Of a DNA stretch of 64,000 bases, positions 39,184 to 49,102 are shown piece after piece. The notes beneath the pieces were generated by a model, which was not told the DNA's origin, did no database searches, and worked only from the letters and a program-made list of their open reading frames with translations. The stretch spans positions 151,028 through 215,027 of IMG/VR virus record IMGVR_UViG_3300046804_003469. One strand, given 5' to 3'. Both the position numbers and the translations under genes were made by a program. The stretch's first letter is position 1. Each line of letters opens with the position of its first letter.

Positions 39184-41271
39184 ATGTCTACAAATCCTCT
39201 TAACGATATTTCTGCCGTTTACCTTCAGGAGGTATTAGAACCTCAAATTGGTAAAAAGCAATCTGCTCCTTCTGGTGGTAAAAAAGTTGAAAAGGGACAG
39301 ACTGGCGAAGAAGCATCTGCTAAAAGAATTCGTCAAGCAGTTTATGATATTCGCTATCGCGCTAGAAGAGAAGGTATTGAACTTCAACAGGCGTATAATC
39401 AATACATGTCTCATACGACAATGACTGGATTAGAAAAAACTGCAGTCAAAGAAAAACTTGGAATTGGACCTGGAGGAGGATCGGTCAGTGAAGAATTTTC
39501 TAGTAAAAAATATCAAGTAAGAGTAGTTCCAAAGGCAGGAACTGGAAAAACATATACACGTTATGCTACTAGAGAAAAAATCAGTCAATTAAGATCTAAT
39601 CCTAATATTTCTTCAGTTGAAATGACAAAGTATGGTACTCCTTATGAAGGAGAAAAAACAAAAGGAGAATATACTGCAAAAGCATTAAATCCTGGCGCTG
39701 GAGAAAAATATGAAAAGAAATATGGTAAGGGCGGAAAAAATACAGTAGGGGATCTTGATCGTGATGGAACTAAAGAACCAAACAAGCATGAGTATGCTGG
39801 TGTGAAAGATAATGCAATCAAGGCAGCAATGGCAAAAAGAAAGACTCAAAAAGAATCTTTTTCAAATTGGAGACAAGATTTAGTTGAGGCGGGAAAAATT
39901 GAAGATCCAAATGCAACTCAATATCAACCAAAAATTAAAGAGAAATCAGTAAATAATTATGCTGGAGGAAAAGACGCTGTAGTTCAAATTAATCCAGTAA
40001 TGAGAGAAGCAGTTGAAAGTCTTGGTGGTGAATTACTCGAAATGGTTGAACTTGGTGAAGATTTTATTATCGAATCATCAGAAGTTGCTGCAGATTATTT
40101 CTGTGAGCATGGGTTAAACGAAGAAGGACTTGATATCTTAATTGAAGATATGGGTCTTGAGAATTTTGTTGACTTTGTATTTGAAATTGGACAAGAATAT
40201 AATTTGACTGAAGCAAGAACTTTAGTTGGTAAAAAGAAAACACCAGCAACTGGAAAGCAACTTGGAGTTTCCAGAAAAGCTGCTCCAGGTAAAACTACAA
40301 AGGCAGCAGTTGAGAAATATGGAACAACCAGAAAAATCTCAGCAAGTCCATCTTCTACAGTTAAAAAGAAAACAGTTGCTGTTAAGAAAGCAGTAGAAAA
40401 GCAACCAGAAAAAACAGCATCTAAAAAACCAGTAAGAGATGCAATTGCTAGAGGAATTTTTGGTGCTGTTAAGGCATACCAACAAGGTATGGAACGTCAT
40501 AGAGCAGCAACTAAAACTGCAGGTAAGGCGGCAAAAGTTGCTGGTAAAGCAGCAAGAGAAATTGGTAAAGGAGTTGTATCTGGTGTTAAAACCACTGCAA
40601 AAGTTGCAAAAGATGTTCATGGCGTTCTCAGCAAAGAAGAAATTGAACTTGATGAAAAACTCACTTCAAAAACATCAGTTGGAAGTGTAATTAGTGATTT
40701 TGTTCATTCAAAAGATCCTAAGTTTTCTGGTGATACTAAGAAGGAAAGAATTCAAAGAGCATTGGGTGCATACTATAAAATGCATCCATCTAAGTCTAGA
40801 AAGAATATGGAAGAGGCAGCACCAGTTACAACACAGCAGACACAACAACCTCAGCAACAAAAACCTGATCCAAAAACAAAACAGTTAATTAATATACAAA
40901 AAAAGAGAACACTTGATACCTTGGCACAACTTAACAAAGGATTTCCTGTTCAAGCAGAGGAAGTTGAAAATATTGAGGAATTAACTCGTTATGCAAAAGA
41001 AACTGGTAAATCGTTTAGAACTAAAAAACCAACTTCTAAAGGTGGAAAATATGGTGGAAGTGATGTTCAGTCTCAAGCAATGAGATCTGTTTTAAAGAGT
41101 ATGGGTGCTGGTAGAGCTGGTGTTGCTTCAAGAGGTAAGAAAAAAGTTCCAGGTAAAAAACCACCAGCAGCAGGTGAGTATGGTGCTCCAGCATCACCAG
41201 CACAAAAAGTTGCAAAACGTCGTGCTGATGCTCAAAGAGCACAAGACATGATGCATTCAAGGTTTGATTGA
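39184..41271 (+). CDS. Large mosaic basic/acidic protein (probable capsid-internal protein)
   Basis: 695 aa; Lys/Ala-rich blocks separated by acidic segments with many L/I/V-x-E sites; CATAAATA upstream. Confidence 0.75.
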   Translation: MSTNPLNDISAVYLQEVLEPQIGKKQSAPSGGKKVEKGQTGEEASAKRIRQAVYDIRYRARREGIELQQAYNQYMSHTTMTGLEKTAVKEKLGIGPGGGSVSEEFSSKKYQVRVVPKAGTGKTYTRYATREKISQLRSNPNISSVEMTKYGTPYEGEKTKGEYTAKALNPGAGEKYEKKYGKGGKNTVGDLDRDGTKEPNKHEYAGVKDNAIKAAMAKRKTQKESFSNWRQDLVEAGKIEDPNATQYQPKIKEKSVNNYAGGKDAVVQINPVMREAVESLGGELLEMVELGEDFIIESSEVAADYFCEHGLNEEGLDILIEDMGLENFVDFVFEIGQEYNLTEARTLVGKKKTPATGKQLGVSRKAAPGKTTKAAVEKYGTTRKISASPSSTVKKKTVAVKKAVEKQPEKTASKKPVRDAIARGIFGAVKAYQQGMERHRAATKTAGKAAKVAGKAAREIGKGVVSGVKTTAKVAKDVHGVLSKEEIELDEKLTSKTSVGSVISDFVHSKDPKFSGDTKKERIQRALGAYYKMHPSKSRKNMEEAAPVTTQQTQQPQQQKPDPKTKQLINIQKKRTLDTLAQLNKGFPVQAEEVENIEELTRYAKETGKSFRTKKPTSKGGKYGGSDVQSQAMRSVLKSMGAGRAGVASRGKKKVPGKKPPAAGEYGAPASPAQKVAKRRADAQRAQDMMHSRFD

Positions 41272-41309
41272 TTCTAAATAGGACAGGATACTCTTACACG
41301 GAGGTTATT

Positions 41310-41483
41310 ATGTCTGCATTCATCGCTTGGTGTCTTGCTAATCAAGCTTTAATCGCAACAGTTCTTCTTGCTGTTTCGGAAGCAATGGGAGCAAACCCAA
41401 AAATCAAATCAAATGGAATTCTTTCACTTGTTTTACTTCAAGCACAGAAAGTTTTAAAAGATAAAGGAGCAAAAGAACTTTGA
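41310..41483 (+). CDS. Small membrane protein (holin-like possible)
   Basis: 57 aa, two hydrophobic stretches, basic C-terminus; GGAGG RBS. Confidence 0.6.
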   Translation: MSAFIAWCLANQALIATVLLAVSEAMGANPKIKSNGILSLVLLQAQKVLKDKGAKEL

Positions 41484-41498
41484 TTCTTTTGTTTAATT

Positions 41499-41533
41499 AA
41501 ATGAGATCCTTTTTTTCGGGATCTCATTTTTTT
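41499..41533 (+). terminator. Intrinsic terminator followed by late promoter
   Basis: AAATGAGATCC..GGATCTCATTT + T run; TATAAATA at 41533-41540. Confidence 0.8.
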
Positions 41534-41573
41534 ATAAATATTTCTACGAAACAAATTAGTATAGGTAAAAAGA

Positions 41574-42311
41574 ATGGCACTCTGGGGCATTTCCACAACC
41601 ACTGAAACATCAGCAAATAATTATGCTATCCCTAAGTATAATCATGAGGTAGATCGTAATAGAAGCCCTTGGAATACTTTTGCAGATGTGCGTGGTTGGA
41701 TTCAAAGAAGATATAAGACTTCTGAGCATTCTGGTTTATCAACCAAGTATTATGATGAAGTTTTAGTTCCAGTTGCTGGATTAAACACTGCAGGCGCAGG
41801 TGCTAATTCAACAGGTCTTGGAGCAGCAACTCCAGTTGCAGTCTTTTTTGCTGATCCAAATAACGCTTCTCCAATTAGCACTGGTGCTGGCGGAACCACA
41901 GGAATTGGTACTGGAAGAACTGGTTATGTTCATGTTGTTTGGAACGAAAATGTATATTGTTCTGCAGGTGCAACTATAAGAATTCTTCGTTCTACTGGAA
42001 CAGCACTTATTGGAACTGCAGCATCAACTGGAGGCCCAGTAACAAATTATACAAATGATGTTGGATATAAAGTAGAGACATTCAACGGTCAGATTAGTAA
42101 TAGAATTGCATTCTCTTTCACTGCTCCAAATACTGGAATTGGAACAGTTCTTTCAGTTGACATGGTTGCTGGAGTTGTTGGAACCGTTACTGATTTTTCT
42201 AATGGATCTGCTACAAAAACATTTACATCAGATATTATCCATAATGTTGGAGGAGCAGGAATTAATGCTTCTGTAGGACTTGGAAGAACCACATTAACAA
42301 TCACTGCTTGA
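41574..42311 (+). CDS. Gly/Thr-rich probable virion structural protein
   Basis: MALWG N-terminus, late promoter, beta-rich composition. Confidence 0.7.
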   Translation: MALWGISTTTETSANNYAIPKYNHEVDRNRSPWNTFADVRGWIQRRYKTSEHSGLSTKYYDEVLVPVAGLNTAGAGANSTGLGAATPVAVFFADPNNASPISTGAGGTTGIGTGRTGYVHVVWNENVYCSAGATIRILRSTGTALIGTAASTGGPVTNYTNDVGYKVETFNGQISNRIAFSFTAPNTGIGTVLSVDMVAGVVGTVTDFSNGSATKTFTSDIIHNVGGAGINASVGLGRTTLTITA

Positions 42312-42317
42312 TACTAT

Positions 42318-42710
42318 ATGATTTTTAATGAATTGAATGAAGATAATTTTATTTTATTTGCAATTAAACATTATCAAAATCCTCAAGCAGTCAGTAAAGA
42401 TGATTTTGAGAAAGATTTGAATCATTTCAAATATATTAAAAGATTGCTTAAAAAATATAAAAATACAGGTGAGTTAAAAACTCACCTTTTACTTAATCAC
42501 TTTATCATCCTTTATAATATTTTTGGAGATGCTACAACACCTATGTTGTTTCATAAAATTGAAAGAGAATTGTGGTCTCCAATGAAAACATTTGTTATGA
42601 TTTTAAATAAACTTCCACAATATCCAAAGTGTTATCTTCACGATATACCTGTTGATATAGATTGCCTATCACAAATACAAAAAATTTATAACAAAGATGG
42701 AAAAGATTGA
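42318..42710 (+). CDS. Conserved T4-like phage hypothetical
   Basis: FAIKHYQNP...DLNHFKYIKRLL...LLLNHFIILYNIFG. Confidence 0.8.
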   Translation: MIFNELNEDNFILFAIKHYQNPQAVSKDDFEKDLNHFKYIKRLLKKYKNTGELKTHLLLNHFIILYNIFGDATTPMLFHKIERELWSPMKTFVMILNKLPQYPKCYLHDIPVDIDCLSQIQKIYNKDGKD

Positions 42711-42912
42711 TAGGATAATACAAATTATTAGAGAGGAAATGATGACTGCAAATGCTCCTTCATCTCAAGGAGGATTTGGTGCCGATTCTCCTGCTGTAGG
42801 TCCAAGAGCAGGAACTTCACCTCTAATTAAATTTATGAGGAGAGGTAAAATAGATTATCGAACAGTAAAACCAACTTATAAAAAGTGGGTAAAAGATTTA
42901 GAAAATAAATAG
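42697..42912 (+). CDS. Hypothetical protein
   Basis: 71 aa ORF overlapping upstream gene. Confidence 0.65.
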   Translation: MEKIDRIIQIIREEMMTANAPSSQGGFGADSPAVGPRAGTSPLIKFMRRGKIDYRTVKPTYKKWVKDLENK

Positions 42913-42956
42913 TATTGAAAGTATGGCAGAGTGGATATAAATTAACTTTGCTTAAA

Positions 42957-43367
42957 ATGGCAGACGATATTAAAGTAGCAGTATTAGAACAAAAGTTATT
43001 GGATTTTAATAACGTAGTAGAAAAACTTGATGCGGCTATTAGTAAAATAAGTGAAGTAAATTCGAATATTTCAAGAATGCTTGCTGTTCATGAAGAAAGA
43101 ATAGAACAGTGCAATAAATCTGATGATTTACTTGTTAAAATGATCGATGATGTTAAAAAAGAAAATGCAGAAGATCATAAAAAATCGAATGATAGAATTA
43201 CTGTTTTAGAAAAAGAAGTTGAAGATGTTTCTAGAATTAAATGGATGACCATTGGGTGTGGCATTGTATTGACAGTACTAGCAGCATCAATGTCAACTTT
43301 GGCATCTGGATGGTGGACACCAGCAGGAATGCAAGACGCACAAAATATAATACAACGCTCTAAATAA
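42957..43367 (+). CDS. Coiled-coil protein with C-terminal transmembrane helix
   Basis: MLAVHEERI coiled coil; KWMTIGCGIVLTVLAA TM; start trimmed to MADDIK. Confidence 0.7.
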   Translation: MADDIKVAVLEQKLLDFNNVVEKLDAAISKISEVNSNISRMLAVHEERIEQCNKSDDLLVKMIDDVKKENAEDHKKSNDRITVLEKEVEDVSRIKWMTIGCGIVLTVLAASMSTLASGWWTPAGMQDAQNIIQRSK

Positions 43368-43390
43368 ATCAGAATTGGCATAAGGATGCC

Positions 43391-43507
43391 ATGAAAATTA
43401 AATATAAAAAAAAGGAAGTGACAACTTACTCATTACATAAGATAACAAATTCTGTCATCAAGTGGACTGGGATTTTGACCGCACTGTGCCTTGACAAAGG
43501 AAGATAG
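43391..43507 (+). CDS. Possible 38-aa peptide
   Basis: MKIKYKKKEVTTYSLHKITNSVIKWTGILTALCLDKGR; AAGGA RBS sits in TGGCAT/ATGCCA hairpin. Confidence 0.35.
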   Translation: MKIKYKKKEVTTYSLHKITNSVIKWTGILTALCLDKGR

Positions 43508-43542
43508 TGTGTTAGACTGAATCAAATGATTAACGATTGATT

Positions 43543-44517
43543 ATGGATTTTGTTGATGTTAAGTACATCAATCTAATTTCTGGCAGATTAGAAAAATTTA
43601 AAAAAGTAAAAAGTAGTCTTTATAATTTTAGGTGTCCTCTTTGCGGAGACTCTAAGAAAAACAAAAATAAAGCAAGAGGATATCTATACCAAGTTAAAAA
43701 TAATACAAATTATAAGTGTCACAATTGTGGGGTTAATGTATCATTAAATAATTTCTTAAAAGAATTAGATGCAACTGTTCATAAACAATATACTTTAGAA
43801 AAATTTAAAGAAGGATTCACTGGTAAAAATTTTGTGGTTGAAGAACCAAAAGTTAAATTTGAAAAACCAGTTTTTAAAACAAAACTAGATCTACCAAAAG
43901 CATCGGAAATTTCTACAGCAAAGGAATATCTTGAAAGAAGAAAATTAGATCCCGAAAAATTTTATTTTTCTAAAACATTTAAAGAATGGACTAATTCATT
44001 AATTCCTACATTTGGTAGTAAAAGTTTATTTTATGAAGAAGAAAGAATAATTATTCCTCTTTTTTATAATAAAAAACTTGTAGGATTTCAAGGAAGATCC
44101 CTGGATTCAAACAAGATTAAATATATTACTATTATGATTGATGATGAATCACCAAAAATATACAATCTCGATGAAGTTCAAAAAGACAAAACTGTGTACA
44201 TCACAGAAGGTCCATTCGATTCAACATTCATTTGCAATTCAATTGCTATGTGTGGAGCTGATGGTGATGTTGACAAGTGGGGTATTGGCGATCGTGTGTG
44301 GATCTATGATAACGAACCACGTAATGCAGAAATCCATCGTAGAATCGAAAAATGTATTGATAATGGAGAAAAGGTAGTTATTTGGCCTAATACAATTCGT
44401 GAAAAAGACATAAATGATATGGTATTGTCTGGACATGATGTTCAAAAAGTGATAGAATCTAATACCTATTGTGGTCTAGAAGCAAAACTTAAATTTAACA
44501 ACTGGAAAAAAATATGA
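43543..44517 (+). CDS. gp61: DNA primase
   Basis: CPLCGDS...CHNC Zn finger, TEGPFDS, DNEPRN, KDINDM toprim motifs; TTGACA promoter at 43491. Confidence 0.96.
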   Translation: MDFVDVKYINLISGRLEKFKKVKSSLYNFRCPLCGDSKKNKNKARGYLYQVKNNTNYKCHNCGVNVSLNNFLKELDATVHKQYTLEKFKEGFTGKNFVVEEPKVKFEKPVFKTKLDLPKASEISTAKEYLERRKLDPEKFYFSKTFKEWTNSLIPTFGSKSLFYEEERIIIPLFYNKKLVGFQGRSLDSNKIKYITIMIDDESPKIYNLDEVQKDKTVYITEGPFDSTFICNSIAMCGADGDVDKWGIGDRVWIYDNEPRNAEIHRRIEKCIDNGEKVVIWPNTIREKDINDMVLSGHDVQKVIESNTYCGLEAKLKFNNWKKI

Positions 44518-46814
44518 GCAACGGAACAAAAGTTTTAAAGAGAAATGGATCAATTGAATCTCTTGATCTAGATAAGATGCATGTTATGGTTGAAGAGGCA
44601 TGTAGAGGTCTTGCAGGAGTTTCTGCAAGTCAAGTTGAGATGACTTCTGGTATTCAATTTTACGATGGTATTACTACTGCAGAGATTCAGGAAATTCTGA
44701 TTCGTTCTGCTTCAGATTTGATTGATTTGGATCATCCAAATTATCAGTATGTTGCTGCTCGTCTTCTTCTTTTTGCAGTTCGTAAGCAACTTTATGGTAA
44801 GATGAAAGAACTTCCTCATCTTGAAGATCATATCTATTCATGTGTGAATGCTGAAGTATATGATTCTAGCATTTTTACAAAATATTCAAAAGAAGAAATT
44901 GATAAAGCAAATTCTTATATTGATCACGATAGAGATTATCTCTTTACTTACGCTGGACTTCGCCAAGTTGTTGATAAGTATTTGGTACAAGATCGTAGTT
45001 CAGGTGGAGTATATGAAACTCCGCAATTTATGTACATGATGATTGCTTTAACTATTTTTGCGGAATATCCCAAAGATACAAAAATGTCATATGTTAAGAG
45101 GTATTATGACGCAATCTCCAAACACAAAATCAACATTCCTACGCCAATCATGGCAGGCGTTAGAACCCCACTTCGCCAATTTGCAAGTTGCGTTCTTGTT
45201 GATGTTGATGACACCCTTGATAGCATCTTCAGCTCTGATATGGCAATTGGTCGCTATGTTGCACAAAGAGCAGGAATTGGTATCAATGCAGGTAGAATCC
45301 GTGGCATCAACAGTAAAATTAGAGGCGGAGAAGTACAACATACAGGTGTTGTACCTTTTCTCAAGAAGTTTGAAGCGACTGTCCGATGCTGTACGCAAAA
45401 TGGCATACGAGGTGGATCCGCGACAGTACACTTCCCCATCTGGCATCAAGAAATAGAAGACATTATTGTTCTCAAAAATAATAAAGGTACTGAAGATAAT
45501 CGTGTTCGTAAACTAGACTATTCTATTCAAATTAGTAAGTTATTCTATGAAAGATTTATTCAAGACGGTGAGATCACGCTTTTCTCCCCACACGATGTCC
45601 CTGGACTTTATGATTCTTTCGGAACAATTGAGTTTGACTCTCTCTATATTGGATACGAGAACAATCCGTCCGTTCCGAAGAAAACTGTTAAGGCGCAGGA
45701 ACTTATTCTTAACCTCCTTAAAGAACGGGCTGAGACAGGTCGCATTTATCTTATGAATATTGACCATTGCAATTCTCATTCATCTTTCAAAGATAAAATT
45801 GAAATGAGTAATCTTTGTCAAGAAATTACTTTACCAACTTATCCAATTAATGATATTAATGATGAGAATGGAGAAATTGCATTATGCATTCTTTCTGCAA
45901 TTAATGTTGGTAAAGTGAAGTCTGATGAAGAACTTGAAGAACTTTGTGACCTTTCTGTACGTGGATTGGATGAATTGATTGACTATCAGAAGTATCCTGT
46001 AAAGGCAGCAGAACGCGCTACAAAGGCACGTAGATCCCTTGGAGTAGGTTTTATTGGGTTAGCACATTATTTGGCGAAACTTGGATTTAATTATGATTCT
46101 CAAGAGGCATGGGATGCAGTTCATGGACTTTCTGAATCCTTCCAATATTATCTTTTAAAAGCATCCAATCAACTTTCTAAAGAAAAGGGACATTGTGAAG
46201 ATTTTGGTCGTACTAAGTATGCAGATGGTATTCTTCCAATTGATACTTACAAAAAAGATGTAGACGAAATTTCTTCTATTAAACTGCAGCATGACTGGGA
46301 ATCTCTTAGAGCATCAATCATGGAATATGGTCTCAGGCACTCAACACTGTCCGCACAGATGCCATCGGAGAGCAGTTCCGTTGTGTCAAATGCAACAAAT
46401 GGAATTGAACCACCTAGAGGGTTCTTGTCCGTTAAGAAAAGTAAGAAGGGTCCGCTTAAGCAAATTGTTCCCCAGTATCATACGCTTAAGAATAATTATA
46501 CGCTTCTTTGGGATATGCCTAGCAATCGTGGGTATATTAATATTGTTGCAGTTATGCAGAAGTTCTTCGATCAAGCAATTTCTGGAAACTGGTCGTATAA
46601 TCCAGAAAATTATCCCGATAATGAAGTTCCTGTTAGCGTAATGGCAAATGACTTCTTGACTACATACAAGTACGGGTGGAAAACTTCCTATTATCAAAAT
46701 ACTTATGATATTAAAACTGATGAAGTGATGGAAGATAAGAAATCCGAGTTACAAAATTTAATTAATGAGTTAAGTTCAGTAGAGGAGGGAGAGTGTGAAT
46801 CCTGTGCAGTTTAA
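44514..46814 (+). CDS. nrdA: Class I ribonucleotide reductase alpha subunit
   Basis: ATP cone, QFASCVL, SNLCQEI, C-terminal CESC; uninterrupted. Confidence 0.98.
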   Translation: MSNGTKVLKRNGSIESLDLDKMHVMVEEACRGLAGVSASQVEMTSGIQFYDGITTAEIQEILIRSASDLIDLDHPNYQYVAARLLLFAVRKQLYGKMKELPHLEDHIYSCVNAEVYDSSIFTKYSKEEIDKANSYIDHDRDYLFTYAGLRQVVDKYLVQDRSSGGVYETPQFMYMMIALTIFAEYPKDTKMSYVKRYYDAISKHKINIPTPIMAGVRTPLRQFASCVLVDVDDTLDSIFSSDMAIGRYVAQRAGIGINAGRIRGINSKIRGGEVQHTGVVPFLKKFEATVRCCTQNGIRGGSATVHFPIWHQEIEDIIVLKNNKGTEDNRVRKLDYSIQISKLFYERFIQDGEITLFSPHDVPGLYDSFGTIEFDSLYIGYENNPSVPKKTVKAQELILNLLKERAETGRIYLMNIDHCNSHSSFKDKIEMSNLCQEITLPTYPINDINDENGEIALCILSAINVGKVKSDEELEELCDLSVRGLDELIDYQKYPVKAAERATKARRSLGVGFIGLAHYLAKLGFNYDSQEAWDAVHGLSESFQYYLLKASNQLSKEKGHCEDFGRTKYADGILPIDTYKKDVDEISSIKLQHDWESLRASIMEYGLRHSTLSAQMPSESSSVVSNATNGIEPPRGFLSVKKSKKGPLKQIVPQYHTLKNNYTLLWDMPSNRGYINIVAVMQKFFDQAISGNWSYNPENYPDNEVPVSVMANDFLTTYKYGWKTSYYQNTYDIKTDEVMEDKKSELQNLINELSSVEEGECESCAV

Positions 46815-47985
46815 AATTTCTTCCACAGAAGAACCCCAAACAAATATTAAAGGAATGACTGTTTTTAATACTGAGAAAGTTGATACCAAAAAACAACCAA
46901 TGTTTTTTGGTCAACCTTTGGGAATTCAAAGATATGATTCATACAAATACCCAATCTTCGACAAACTAACAACCCAGCAACTTGGATACTTCTGGAGACC
47001 TGAAGAGGTTTCTCTTCAGAAGGATCGTGGAGATTATCAAACTCTTCGCCCTGAACAAAAGCATATTTATACTTCTAATCTGAAGTATCAAATCATGCTT
47101 GACTCTGTTCAGGGTCGTGGTCCTGGTATGGCATTCATTCCTTATTGCTCTCTTCCAGAACTGGAAGCATGTATGGAAGTGTGGGGATTTATGGAGATGA
47201 TCCATAGTCGCTCATACACATATATCATTAAAAATGTTTATTCTGATCCTACCGAGGTGTTTGATACTATCATTGGTGATGAGCGTATTCTAGAACGTGC
47301 TAAGAGCGTTACAGAGTCTTATGATGATTTTATTCAATCAGCACAAAATTATGGAACATCTAATGATTGGATGTTTAGACTTGAAGGAGTAAGCAACGCA
47401 AAAGAAACACTCAACGATGTCAAACGGAAACTGTACAGAGCAGTCGCAAACGTTAATATTCTTGAAGGTATTCGCTTCTACGTTAGTTTTGCTTGTAGTT
47501 TCGCTTTTGGTGAACTTAAGCTTATGGAAGGATCCGCTAAGATCATTAGTCTCATCGCAAGAGACGAAAATCAACACTTAGCAATCACTCAGAATATTTT
47601 AAACAAATGGCGTGACGGTGATGATCCAGAAATGAAGCAAATTATGAAGGAAGAAGAAGAATGGACATATAAGATGTTTGACCGTGCAGTAAATGAAGAA
47701 AAACGTTGGGCAGATTATCTGTTCAAAAATGGAAGCATGATTGGTCTTAACGATAAACTTCTTCAGCAATATGTTGAATGGATTGCGAACCGTAGATTAA
47801 AGGCAATAGGTCTTAAACCACAATACGATATTTCTGCAAACAACAATCCGCTACCTTGGACACAGCACTGGATTTCTTCCAAAGGTCTTCAGGTTGCTCC
47901 CCAGGAAACGGAGGTAGAATCCTACGTTGTAGGAGGAATTAAACAAGATGTTACCAAAAATACTTTCTCAGGATTCAAATTATGA
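46795..47985 (+). CDS. nrdB: Ribonucleotide reductase beta subunit
   Basis: FWRPEEV, EMIHSRSY, LEGIRFY, RDENQH, APQETE. Confidence 0.98.
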   Translation: MNPVQFKISSTEEPQTNIKGMTVFNTEKVDTKKQPMFFGQPLGIQRYDSYKYPIFDKLTTQQLGYFWRPEEVSLQKDRGDYQTLRPEQKHIYTSNLKYQIMLDSVQGRGPGMAFIPYCSLPELEACMEVWGFMEMIHSRSYTYIIKNVYSDPTEVFDTIIGDERILERAKSVTESYDDFIQSAQNYGTSNDWMFRLEGVSNAKETLNDVKRKLYRAVANVNILEGIRFYVSFACSFAFGELKLMEGSAKIISLIARDENQHLAITQNILNKWRDGDDPEMKQIMKEEEEWTYKMFDRAVNEEKRWADYLFKNGSMIGLNDKLLQQYVEWIANRRLKAIGLKPQYDISANNNPLPWTQHWISSKGLQVAPQETEVESYVVGGIKQDVTKNTFSGFKL

Positions 47986-48109
47986 TGACTGGTGTGAACA
48001 AGAAATCTTGAATGCATACCGAACAGCAGCTGAATGTGATGAATTTTTATTTGGTGATTATGATTATGAAAAAGAATGGTTAGGTAAAAAACATGATGAT
48101 GTTGTCTAG
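47948..48109 (+). CDS. Small acidic hypothetical protein overlapping nrdB end
   Basis: Unannotated 53-aa ORF MLPKILSQDSNYDDWCEQEILNAY...; ends just before a terminator. Confidence 0.5.
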   Translation: MLPKILSQDSNYDDWCEQEILNAYRTAAECDEFLFGDYDYEKEWLGKKHDDVV

Positions 48110-48111
48110 AT

Positions 48112-48137
48112 AGAGGAGGTCACACTCCTCTTTTTTT
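48112..48137 (+). terminator. Intrinsic terminator
   Basis: AGAGGAG-GTCACA-CTCCTCT + T run. Confidence 0.8.
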
Positions 48138-48299
48138 ATGTCTAAAAATCAACTGACTAAAGATGAATTAAAAGTCCGTATTTTAAAATTAAAAAATAAT
48201 CTTTACGGAGAACATATCAGACATGATATGGATATGAAAGGTCTTGCTCATAAATACCTGAACGAAGTTCTTGATATTATTGATGAGTACAGATATTGA
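48138..48299 (+). CDS. Small hypothetical protein
   Basis: Unannotated 53-aa ORF MSKNQLTKDELKVRILKLK...AHKYLNEVLDIIDEYRY. Confidence 0.7.
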   Translation: MSKNQLTKDELKVRILKLKNNLYGEHIRHDMDMKGLAHKYLNEVLDIIDEYRY

Positions 48300-48726
48300 C
48301 TATGAAAATCCTTGGATTTATAATGGAGTACCTTTTGCTTCGTCCGATATTCAAAGTTACTTTGGTTTTGTTTATCTTATTGAAAACACTATCAATAGTA
48401 GGAGATATATTGGAAGGAAGTATTTTTGGAGTTTTAGAACTCCTAAAGGTAAAAAAAGAAAAGTAAAATCCGAATCTGATTGGAAAAAATACTATGGGTC
48501 TTGTCCAGAACTTAAAGAAGATATTGAAAAATACGGCAGAGAAAATTTTAGTCGAACTATCATATCATTACATAAAACAAAGGGCAAAACAAACTACGAA
48601 GAGACGAGGCAACTCTTCACGAATAACGTACTCACGGAATCCCTTGACAGCGGAGAACCAGCCTTCTACAATAGCAACATTCTCTCAAGGTACTACCGAA
48701 AAGATTATTATGGAAACTCAGATTGA
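48283..48726 (+). CDS. GIY-YIG family nuclease
   Basis: GFVYLIEN...YIGRK, YYGS, FYNSNI. Confidence 0.8.
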   Translation: MSTDIDYENPWIYNGVPFASSDIQSYFGFVYLIENTINSRRYIGRKYFWSFRTPKGKKRKVKSESDWKKYYGSCPELKEDIEKYGRENFSRTIISLHKTKGKTNYEETRQLFTNNVLTESLDSGEPAFYNSNILSRYYRKDYYGNSD

Positions 48727-48922
48727 ACCCGTAGTTCATATTCGTGAATGGGCAATGGAAAAAATTGATCTTTTGCATGAAGCGGATCGACATCGAAATG
48801 CAAAAGCACTTCTTGCTGAGTTTGATGAATGGATCAATCTTCCTGATGGAGTAGATGAAATTGAGTATTTTTGTTTAGAAGATCAAAGTTGGATAGATGA
48901 AGAAGAAATTGATGTTCGGTAA
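48710..48922 (+). CDS. Acidic hypothetical protein
   Basis: METQIEPVVHIREWAMEK...; ATG 48710 preferred over track start. Confidence 0.65.
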   Translation: METQIEPVVHIREWAMEKIDLLHEADRHRNAKALLAEFDEWINLPDGVDEIEYFCLEDQSWIDEEEIDVR

Positions 48923-48931
48923 TCCCAATCA

Positions 48932-49003
48932 TTGACAAAATCTAAATAATCACTTATTATGTTAAAAATCCAGTTGGATTCCCTGTTATGAGCAGGGTTT
49001 TTT
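48932..49003 (+). promoter_or_regulatory. Sigma70 promoter followed by two hairpins and T run
   Basis: TTGACA-17 nt-TATTAT; AATCC/GGATT; CCCTG..CAGGG-TTTTTT. Confidence 0.6.
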
Positions 49004-49014
49004 ATTATGAGTCC

Positions 49015-49098
49015 TTGATTTTGATTTAGAGCCGTGGGGTCTGCCTCCTGAGAAGGAGGAAGTGCGCTTTCCCTATACGGATGTAGAGTTCAATCGAT
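49015..49098 (+). ncRNA. Candidate structured 5' leader RNA
   Basis: GC-rich island with CCGT/ACGG, GGG/CCT and CTCCT-GAGA-AGGAG stems directly upstream of 49103. Confidence 0.5.
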
Positions 49099-49102
49099 TT
49101 TA

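Noticed and set aside
30623-47985. Introns or inteins in gp43, gp41, nrdA, nrdB
   Set aside because: All are uninterrupted and of normal length with no intein terminal motifs seen.
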